In this document: positions 56,797 through 64,000 of the stretch, piece by piece
Layout of the letters: each line of letters begins with the position of its first letter
How positions within the stretch are numbered: the stretch's first letter is position 1
Source: Lacunisphaera sp.
Lineage (GTDB): Bacteria > Verrucomicrobiota > Verrucomicrobiia > Opitutales > Opitutaceae
Direction of reading: 5' to 3'
Length of the DNA stretch: 64,000 nucleotides
Assembly (NCBI GenBank): GCA_035496355.1
Contig: DATJES010000038.1
Span: 4,337 to 68,336, forward strand
The notes under the pieces: model-generated
Database searches by the model: none
Told to the model about the DNA's origin: nothing
The model's input: only the letters and a program-made list of their open reading frames with translations
Made by a program: the position numbers and the translations under genes

Positions 56797-57372
56797 TCAC
56801 TGGATCCGTTTGACGGCGACGTCGAAATTCTTGCCGACCGAGGGAATCCGAATCCGGTAGCCAAAGCGCGTACGAATGATGGTCACCTTGGGGTTCGGGA
56901 TCGGCGTTCCCTGATAATAGGTGTCGCGAACCCGCTGTTCCCAGACCTGGCCGTTGTCGAGGTGGAACAGGGTGTGGCCGCTCAAGCCGCGAAACGGTTC
57001 GGTCATCTGCGCGTCAAGTTCGGTGACCTCGCCCTCGTCCTTCGAACCCTTCGCCGGAAGCTGTTCGGCGCCGAAGTCCTTGATCCGGACCCAGAGGCTT
57101 TTCTTCTCCACCGGCGTCCCGGCCGGAACAGTCGTGGCGGCCGCGGCAGGGTGCGCCGGATCGGAAGCGCTGGCGGCGGGACCGGACGCTTCCGTGTTGC
57201 CCAGCCCGCGCTCATGCAGGGCGCGCAACAACGCCGTCCGCTCCGCGGCGCTGAGCTTCTCCAGGCCGGCCTGGCGGTATTCGTCCGGGGTAAAGATCGT
57301 CCGCAACGAGTCGTCCGCGCGCAAGGCGCCGGCGGCGACGAGGCAGAGGGCCAGACCCACCGCCCGTGCCAT
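56797..57372 (-). CDS. secreted hypothetical protein (paralog of 45801..46418)
   Basis: Start trimmed to ATG 57372 (MARAVGLALCLVAAGALRA). AGLEKLSAAERTALLRAL motif. C-terminal FHLDNGQVWEQ ... YY ... VTII ... VAVKRI block. Confidence 0.7.
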   Translation of the reverse strand: MARAVGLALCLVAAGALRADDSLRTIFTPDEYRQAGLEKLSAAERTALLRALHERGLGNTEASGPAASASDPAHPAAAATTVPAGTPVEKKSLWVRIKDFGAEQLPAKGSKDEGEVTELDAQMTEPFRGLSGHTLFHLDNGQVWEQRVRDTYYQGTPIPNPKVTIIRTRFGYRIRIPSVGKNFDVAVKRIQ

Positions 57373-57611
57373 GCGGTGGTCGACGCGCAACGTGACGAGA
57401 ATGCGGGCAGTCATGAGTGGACTGCGGAAACTATGGCCGCGGCCGTCGGTCACTGTCGATGCTATTAAGGTCGCGGAACCCGCCCGCTTCCCACGAAGCG
57501 CCGACGGCCCGGACGTCCGGCACCTGCACGCGCGCTTCGGCCCCGGCGACAGCCTGTTTGAAAATGCGCTGAACCTGTGGCGGACCGGTCCTCCATCGAA
57601 CGGCCTGGGGC

Positions 57612-59588
57612 TCAGGGCGCCGATCCGAGATATCGGGCGAAGAAGGCCTCGAGTCGTTTGTAGTATTCGATCCGGTTCGATTCGTTGTAGAAACCGTGCC
57701 CCTCGTTGCGTTCGAGCAGAATCTCATACGGCTTGTGGAAGCGCTTAAGCTTCGCTTCCAGGCGCGTCCATTGCGCAATGTCGACCCGCGGATCATTGAA
57801 TCCGTAGGCGTTGAAAAGGGGGACCCGGATGTTCTCCACAAAATTGATCGGTGAGCGCGACTCCAGGTAGGCGTGATCCATGCCGAGATGTTCGCGATAA
57901 AAGATGTCCGAGCTCCGGGTGCCCCGATTGCGGCCCATGTTGACCAGGAGCGTCAGGTCGGAGGGGCCGACGTAGTTTGCGCCGCAGCAGTAAAGTTCCG
58001 GAGTGAAGACCAGGCCGGCCAGCGTGGCATAGCCGCCATAGCTGGCGCCGTAAATGGCCACCCGCGCCGGATCGGCGATGCCTTGGGCGACGGCCCAGTG
58101 CACGGCATCCATCAAATCCTGCTGCATCTTTCCACCCCATTCATAATACCCGGCGCTCTCGAAGGAGCGGCCATACCCGCCCGAACCGCGATAATTCACC
58201 TGCAGCACCGCATAGCCCCGGTTGGCCAGAAACTGGACTTCGCCATCATAACCCCAGTCGTCCCGAATGCCATAAGGGCCGCCGTGCGGATGGATGATGA
58301 GCGGCACCCGGACGGCTCCGGATCCAAGGGGGCGGGTGAGATAACCATGCAGGACCAGCCCGTCGCCCGCCGTGAAGCTGATCGGTTCCATCGGGCACAT
58401 CTGCTCCGGGTGGATGCGCGCGTTGACCTTGCCGATCAGGCCCATTCTCCCGGCGGCCAGGTTCAGCACATAATAGGTGCCGGGGTCCCGGTCGCTGGCC
58501 GCCCGGATCACCAGGGTTTTCTCGTCCTCGGATGCGCTCACGACGTCATTGGCGGTGCCCGGGAGTGAACGGTCGATCACCTGCTGCAGGCTCTCCCGGT
58601 GCGCATCGAAGAAATGGTAGTGCCGCTTGTCGGTTACGTAGGTCACGCCGTACAGGCGGGATCGGTCCCACGAGGTCAGGACGTTCTCGATTTCTCCCTC
58701 GGGCGCGCGGAAGAGGGGCGGTCCGAGCTCGCGGGTGCGTACATTCAACGCCTGCAATACCGGGGTGTCGGAGCCATCGGAGTTGAGGAGATACAAAGTT
58801 TCATTGTCGGCGCCGAAGAAGAGAAACTCCCACGACGGCGCCCCGCCGGGCGACTCCGCCACCTTCCGATAGACATCCTCCGGTGCCGGCCGGACCTCAT
58901 AGACGAGATTTCGACCCGCCAGCCGGCTGCGGGCACGGAGGCGGCCGGCATTGTCGGCCACGTTGCGGCTGTCGAAAAATCCCTGGATTTCGTCGTGGGC
59001 TACGGGCGGATCGTAGTGCGCCACGGAGGTGCGGGTGCCATCGCGCACATCGACCAGGTACATGGAAAATGTATTGCCGCCCGTTTCTTTGCGCCCGAAG
59101 ACTAGCAGGTGGTACGGATCGTATCGCAGGTGGTCGACGATCCACATGACATTTGCGTCTTCATTGTACCGTTCCTGGTACGCCTCGGACAACGCCAGGA
59201 CCCGACGCTTCGCTCCGGGCTTGGGCGCGGCGACGGGAACCGAGCGCCAGGCGGAGATTTCCTCGCCGCCGATGTCGCCCCCATAGACGATATAATCATT
59301 TCCCTTCCAGAAGAATTGCTTGATGTTTTCGTCCTGGGCGGAAACCAGGGCTTCGGGTGCGCCGCCGCTGGCGAGATCCATGAGCGCGACGCCGACCTTT
59401 CCATAGCCCAAGGTGGTCAGGAAGGCGAGATGCCGGCCATCCGGCGAGATCTGGGCCGAGCGGATATCCGGCTCGACGAAGAAATCCTCAAGGGGGATCG
59501 TGGTGCCCGGCGCCGGAATGAAACCAAGCAGGCTCACGCACCACGCGGTAGCGATCAGTCGGAAGCGGAGGGACAGTGCTTTCATCAT
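57612..59588 (-). CDS. S9-family serine peptidase, secreted (S9b, paralog of S9a)
   Basis: Start trimmed to ATG 59588 (MMKALSLRFRLIATAWCVSLLG). ISPDGRHLAFL propeller region. PLIIHPHGGPYGIRDDWGYDGEVQFLANRGYAVLQVNYRGSGGYGRSF and IYGASYGGY are nearly identical to S9a. Confidence 0.85.
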   Translation of the reverse strand: MMKALSLRFRLIATAWCVSLLGFIPAPGTTIPLEDFFVEPDIRSAQISPDGRHLAFLTTLGYGKVGVALMDLASGGAPEALVSAQDENIKQFFWKGNDYIVYGGDIGGEEISAWRSVPVAAPKPGAKRRVLALSEAYQERYNEDANVMWIVDHLRYDPYHLLVFGRKETGGNTFSMYLVDVRDGTRTSVAHYDPPVAHDEIQGFFDSRNVADNAGRLRARSRLAGRNLVYEVRPAPEDVYRKVAESPGGAPSWEFLFFGADNETLYLLNSDGSDTPVLQALNVRTRELGPPLFRAPEGEIENVLTSWDRSRLYGVTYVTDKRHYHFFDAHRESLQQVIDRSLPGTANDVVSASEDEKTLVIRAASDRDPGTYYVLNLAAGRMGLIGKVNARIHPEQMCPMEPISFTAGDGLVLHGYLTRPLGSGAVRVPLIIHPHGGPYGIRDDWGYDGEVQFLANRGYAVLQVNYRGSGGYGRSFESAGYYEWGGKMQQDLMDAVHWAVAQGIADPARVAIYGASYGGYATLAGLVFTPELYCCGANYVGPSDLTLLVNMGRNRGTRSSDIFYREHLGMDHAYLESRSPINFVENIRVPLFNAYGFNDPRVDIAQWTRLEAKLKRFHKPYEILLERNEGHGFYNESNRIEYYKRLEAFFARYLGSAP

Positions 59589-59677
59589 GGCTGGCGGTGG
59601 CGTTAGAAAAAACGGCGCCGGCGATTGCGGCAACCCCGGATCCGGGCGCCTTGCCGCCGGGATGGCTGCAGCGCCGC

Positions 59678-61597
59678 TCAGCGGGATCTTCCCACCCGAA
59701 CCTCAAGCTCGGCGGCATTGGCCTGCCAGTCGGGCGCAGGCCAGCCGCGCTCCGGCGCGCGGCGGCCAAGAATCTTTGGCCCGCGCGACCCGCGGATCGG
59801 CCGGGACTCGACCCCATTGGTGAGGATCACCTGGCTGATCGCCACCTGGCCGATGCCGCGGACCGCGATGCGCAGCGGGTGATCCGGCGAGTCCAGCGGG
59901 GCGATGAACTCACGTCTGATCCTGGTGCGCGGGCGGGCGGCATGGGCGCGAAACTCGATCGTGAAACGGCCCGCGATCTCCCGCCACGACCCGTCGCCCG
60001 TCATTTGCTCGACCACGACCCGTTGGAGCGCCGGGGCGAAGTTATGCACCATGAACTGCAGCTGCCAGGCGCCCGCCACGGGCGATTTTTGCCACGCGAT
60101 TTCCGGTCGGCGTGCGACGGACCGGAGCCAGCGGCGCCACGACGCCAGGCGCACGGCATCCTGCCGGAGCATCGCGACGTTGGGGTTGGACTGGCTCCGA
60201 CGACGACTGCGTCGCCACATGGCATCGGCCGCCGTACGAGCGGCGGGAATCGCACGGGCAAAATCGGCCGCGGCTTCGCCGGCTTGCTTGATCCCGCTGG
60301 CGACCGCAGCCGCATCGCCCTTGGCCAGCAGGCGGCGCCATTGGTGGACGCGGCGCGCCGCCTGGCGCACGAAAACGTCGCGGCGCGCGAGATAGTGCCG
60401 GAAATCCACGCTCGCGGCCAGGGGCGTCGGCCACGATTCCACCGCGATGCGCCGGAAGAATCTTTCGTCGGCTTCGCACGGCTTGGGGCTCTCGGTGCCG
60501 CCGAAGACATCCCAGCGCTCGTTGATCTGCCACCGCGCGTAGCCGGCGAAGGCGTGGACGTCGGCGGCGAGCAACGCGCGGGCGTGCCTGGGTTTCGTTT
60601 TGCCGGGGAACAGCCGGTCCAGGCCGTGCGCCACCAGGGTCGTATTGTCGTCCTGGTCGGGCTCGAGCCAGAGCGACGCCGCTGCGGCATCGACCAGCGT
60701 CGTCGTTTCCATCGCCAGGCGGTTGGGCTCCCACGAAGTGATCAGCAGGCCTTCGGCATCGACGGCGGCGCAGCGCTCCCACCAGGAACGAATGTTGGCG
60801 AGCCGGTCGCCGAACACCGGCAGCGGCTCGTGGCGGAACGCGCCGTTCATCGCGCAGCCGAAATAGCCGATACCCCGCTTGCGCAGGGCGGGTGCGAGGT
60901 CGCGCTCGGCGAAGTTGAAAAGTTCGACCCGCGGTTTCCGGCCGAAAGGATAGTAGTACCAGTCGTAGGCGGCGATGCCGGCCGGCAGCTGCGGTATGGC
61001 CTCGGGCACGAAATAGAGCATGTCGGCCCAGAGGCCCAGCCGCAGGTCATGGCGTCGCGTGATCTCAGCGAGGCGATGCACGTGGCCGGCGAACAGCCCG
61101 GCCAGCCCGCGCTGTTCAACCTCCGCGCGACAGCGGGGGCACTTGCCCAGGTGGTACGACTCATCGAGGCCCACGTGGAGCTTGCCGGCGGTGGCGAACG
61201 GCGCCAGGTCGCGAACCAGCCGCCCGGCCAGTTCGGCGGTCCGCGGATGCAGCGGACAAATCTGACCCTGCGCCAGGGGACGGCCGTGGGCGTCGCGGAG
61301 TTCGTTGAGATCCCGCCATGCCGGGTGTTTGATCACGTATTGGGTGTGGCCGAGCAAATTGGCGATCGGCACGACCCCGATCCCGCAGCGGCCCGCAGCC
61401 CGGACGAGCTGATCCAGTTCCTCGATGGGCCAGGCGTCGGCGCGGCCGAGACCCGGCAGGCTGGGGTAGTGCACCGCGTCTTCCAGATGCAGGTACAGCT
61501 CGTTGTAGCCCCAGGCGGCATAGCGGGGCAGCAGCGATCGCAGGAAATCCGGCCGCTCGACCTGTCGGGCCAGGTCCCACTGGAAGGCCCGGATCAT
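59678..61597 (-). CDS. GH20-like (beta-N-acetylhexosaminidase catalytic-domain-like) protein with an unknown C-terminal half; no signal peptide
   Basis: RAFQWDLARQ ... GYNELYLHLEDA ... IGVVPIANLLGHT ... LHVGLDES follows the GH20 TIM-barrel motif order (R-x-x-x-D, HWH-like, PE-x-D-x-PGH-like, GGDE-like). Confidence 0.5.
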   Translation of the reverse strand: MIRAFQWDLARQVERPDFLRSLLPRYAAWGYNELYLHLEDAVHYPSLPGLGRADAWPIEELDQLVRAAGRCGIGVVPIANLLGHTQYVIKHPAWRDLNELRDAHGRPLAQGQICPLHPRTAELAGRLVRDLAPFATAGKLHVGLDESYHLGKCPRCRAEVEQRGLAGLFAGHVHRLAEITRRHDLRLGLWADMLYFVPEAIPQLPAGIAAYDWYYYPFGRKPRVELFNFAERDLAPALRKRGIGYFGCAMNGAFRHEPLPVFGDRLANIRSWWERCAAVDAEGLLITSWEPNRLAMETTTLVDAAAASLWLEPDQDDNTTLVAHGLDRLFPGKTKPRHARALLAADVHAFAGYARWQINERWDVFGGTESPKPCEADERFFRRIAVESWPTPLAASVDFRHYLARRDVFVRQAARRVHQWRRLLAKGDAAAVASGIKQAGEAAADFARAIPAARTAADAMWRRSRRRSQSNPNVAMLRQDAVRLASWRRWLRSVARRPEIAWQKSPVAGAWQLQFMVHNFAPALQRVVVEQMTGDGSWREIAGRFTIEFRAHAARPRTRIRREFIAPLDSPDHPLRIAVRGIGQVAISQVILTNGVESRPIRGSRGPKILGRRAPERGWPAPDWQANAAELEVRVGRSR

Positions 61598-61623
61598 GCC
61601 GCGACTCGTCGCTTGCGATGCAT

Positions 61624-62574
61624 TCAGGTGCGCTTCTTTTGGATCAGCTGCTCGAGCTTCACGATGTCGGCCGCAAAGAGCCGGATGCCCTCGGCCGTCT
61701 TGTCCACCGCCATGGGATCCGCATTGAAGGCGTAGCGAAAGGCCTTTTCGTCGAACGTCACGCGCTCAACTGGAGCCGACTTGGCCCGCGCCGGGTCGAG
61801 TTTCCGCTCGACGGGTTCCGTGGACGCCTTGAGTTCGTGCAGGAGCGGCGGGCTGATGGTGAGCAGGTCGCAACCGGCCAGCTCCAGCACCTCGCCCTTG
61901 TTGCGGAACGAGGCGCCCATCACTTCCGTCGCATGGTCGAATTTCTTGAAGTACGTATAGATCTCGGTGACTGACTTCACGCCCGGGTCCTCCGCCGGGG
62001 CAAAATCACGTCCCGCATTCTTCTTGTGCCAGTCGAGAATCCGGCCGACGAACGGCGAGATCAGCCGCACCCTGGCCTCCGCGCAGGCGACGGCCTGGGC
62101 AAACGAAAACAGCAGGGTCAGGTTGCAGTTGATCTTCTCCTTCTGCAGCTGCTCGGCGGCCTTGATGCCTTCCCACGTCGAGGCCAGCTTGATGAGCACC
62201 CGTTCCCGCGGCATGCCGGCCTTTTCATATCGGGCGATGATTTCGCGCGCCTTGGCCATCGACCCCTCCCGATCGAAGGACAGGCGGGCGTCGACCTCCG
62301 TGGATACGCGCCCGGGCACGATCTTCAGGATCTCGACGCCGAAAAGCACGAGCAGCCGGTCGATGATCTGGTCCGGCCGGGCCGCGGCCCCGGCGTCCTT
62401 CACCGCTTGGTCGACCAGATGCGCGTACGCCGGCATGACGGCAGCCTTCAGGATCAGGCTGGGGTTCGTGGTGGCATCCTGCGGCGTGTACTCCTTCAGC
62501 GTGGCGAAGTCGCCCGTGTCGGCGACCACCGTGGTGAACTGTTTGAGACGATCGAGCTGGTTTGAGGCATTCAT
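61624..62574 (-). CDS. tal: transaldolase
   Basis: Start trimmed to ATG 62574. [42 protein letters not shown] and [11 protein letters not shown] (Schiff-base Lys region). Confidence 0.95.
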   Translation of the reverse strand: MNASNQLDRLKQFTTVVADTGDFATLKEYTPQDATTNPSLILKAAVMPAYAHLVDQAVKDAGAAARPDQIIDRLLVLFGVEILKIVPGRVSTEVDARLSFDREGSMAKAREIIARYEKAGMPRERVLIKLASTWEGIKAAEQLQKEKINCNLTLLFSFAQAVACAEARVRLISPFVGRILDWHKKNAGRDFAPAEDPGVKSVTEIYTYFKKFDHATEVMGASFRNKGEVLELAGCDLLTISPPLLHELKASTEPVERKLDPARAKSAPVERVTFDEKAFRYAFNADPMAVDKTAEGIRLFAADIVKLEQLIQKKRT

Positions 62575-64000
62575 GGCGTGGCGGAAAGCGGGGCGGAGCG
62601 GGGCAGTGCGGGGTGGGCGCGGAGGTAATTCTTCATCCATTCGATGCCCCCGGCTTCATCGTGAAACGCCCCATCGAGCTGCGATTCGAACGCAGCGTCG
62701 AGCGCCGGCGTGAAGCTCGGCCCGGGGCTCAACCCGAGCGCGATCAGGTGGCGCCCCAGCACGATGGGCTTGGGCGCGGCGTGCTCCACCGCGAGCCGTT
62801 GGGCCGAAGCCCGCAGGAGTTCGAGCCGCTGCACGGTCTGCTGCGAGATCAGCGGCGGGCGGCCCAGATGATCCGCCTGCATGACGGCGATCAGCTCGTC
62901 GAGCGTGGCCGGCGCGATCTTGCGCGCGAGGCGGCGCACCGTGGTATCGCGAAACTCCATCGGGCCGTGGTGGTGAAGCAGGTGGTTGACGACCAACAGG
63001 CGCACCCGCTCGACCAGGTCCAGCGGCGCACCGATCCGGTGCAGGAAACTCCCGGCCAACGGCCCGCCGGCCGCCTCGTGCTCCGGGCTCACCCACCGAA
63101 GCTGGCCGCGCTTGCGCGCCTGCTTCGTGGTTGTCGCCTTCCCGAAATCATGGGCGAGCACGCTCAACGACAGAATGCGACGGGTTTCCACCGCGCCCTG
63201 GGTCCAGGCCGGCAGGCCGACGAGCGCATCCAGACAGTGGCCGGTGTGAACAAACACGTCGCCCTCGGGGTGCCATTCCGGTTCCTGCGGGAGACCGTCC
63301 AGCGCGGCGATTTCCGGAAAATGACGCAGCCATCCCGCCTGCTTGAGCACCACCAACCCGGCCGACGGCTTCACCGCCTTGGTCGCCCATTTGTCCCATT
63401 CGCTCCAAACCCGCTCGATCGCGAGTTCGCCGTAGGTGCTGCTGATCGACTGACAAAGGTCGGCCGTTTCGGGCGCCAGTGCGAAGTCGAAGCGCGCCGC
63501 GAGCTGGAAGGCGCGCAGCACGCGCAAGGGGTCTTCCCCAAAGGCGCCGCTGGTATGGCGCAGTACCTTGTGCTTCAAGTCGGCGACGCCACCGTGGAAA
63601 TCAAGCACCCGCTGCTCGAGCGGATCGTAGGCGATGGCGTTGACCGTGAAATCGCGCCGGGCGGCGGCCTCGGCATCCGTCAGGGTCGGATCGGGCTCGA
63701 CGACGAAGCCCCGATGGCCGGCGCCGGTCTTGGATTCGCGACGCGGCAGGCTGAAGTCGTACTCCGCGCCATCGAGGCGAACTTTCAGCACCCCGAAGCT
63801 CCGCCCGACGACATCGGTGGGCCCGAACGGTGCCAGGGCCCGGCCCAGGGCTTCATAGTCGAGGCCGTGCACCTCGACATCAAAGTCCTTCGGCTCGAGA
63901 CCCAGCAGCCAGTCGCGCACGCAGCCCCCGACCAGACGCGGACGCCCGCCCACCTGCCGGAGGGCGCGCAACGCGGCGAGAAGGGCGGGGGAGAGCTTCA
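62571..64000 (-). CDS. cca: CCA tRNA nucleotidyltransferase with an HD domain (5' end at or just beyond the right edge)
   Basis: [26 protein letters not shown] head domain and an HD region (LAHDFGKA). The stop overlaps the tal start (ATGA at 62571-62574). The frame is open to 64000 (..[15 protein letters not shown]). The window ends in TG, so the ATG probably straddles the edge. Confidence 0.85.
   Translation of the reverse strand, partial: KLSPALLAALRALRQVGGRPRLVGGCVRDWLLGLEPKDFDVEVHGLDYEALGRALAPFGPTDVVGRSFGVLKVRLDGAEYDFSLPRRESKTGAGHRGFVVEPDPTLTDAEAAARRDFTVNAIAYDPLEQRVLDFHGGVADLKHKVLRHTSGAFGEDPLRVLRAFQLAARFDFALAPETADLCQSISSTYGELAIERVWSEWDKWATKAVKPSAGLVVLKQAGWLRHFPEIAALDGLPQEPEWHPEGDVFVHTGHCLDALVGLPAWTQGAVETRRILSLSVLAHDFGKATTTKQARKRGQLRWVSPEHEAAGGPLAGSFLHRIGAPLDLVERVRLLVVNHLLHHHGPMEFRDTTVRRLARKIAPATLDELIAVMQADHLGRPPLISQQTVQRLELLRASAQRLAVEHAAPKPIVLGRHLIALGLSPGPSFTPALDAAFESQLDGAFHDEAGGIEWMKNYLRAHPALPRSAPLSATP

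Overview
High-GC, gene-dense chromosomal segment with about 55 protein-coding genes. I found no rRNA, tRNA, CRISPR array, transposase or integrase. All calls come from reading the supplied translations and the DNA by eye; no searches were run. Many long ORFs in the track are antisense artefacts of the GC-rich sequence, and many true genes start downstream of the track start. The gene content suggests a Verrucomicrobiota (Opitutales-like) genome, but that is inference only.

Housekeeping and metabolic genes:
- membrane pyrophosphatase hppA, GTP-PEP carboxykinase, satP and dctA organic-acid transporters
- bifunctional putA, purE-purK, fumarylacetoacetase, transaldolase, CCA-adding enzyme

Accessory regions that look most interesting:
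1. 10.7-19.8 kb (minus strand): two tandem, diverged cassettes. Each has a CHASE4-like histidine kinase followed by GspI-, GspJ- and GspK/PilX-like pseudopilins. There is one NarL-type response regulator and no pilus or secretion machinery in the window.
2. 4.1-6.6 kb: a tandem paralog pair with a mosaic pattern that looks like gene conversion.
3. 36.4-39.5 kb: ECF sigma factor, an anti-sigma factor with an internal duplication, and a beta-helix/RDD membrane protein.
4. 42.9-59.6 kb: two TonB-dependent receptors with an identical 31-nt start region, a LytS/LytTR two-component pair, a kinase gene remnant, and two inverted S9 peptidase paralogs. The peptidases bracket an eight-heme c-type cytochrome fused to HEAT-like repeats and a small 4-TM partner.
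5. 28.9-32.6 kb: a HAF-repeat protein of lower GC, paired with a HEAT-repeat protein.
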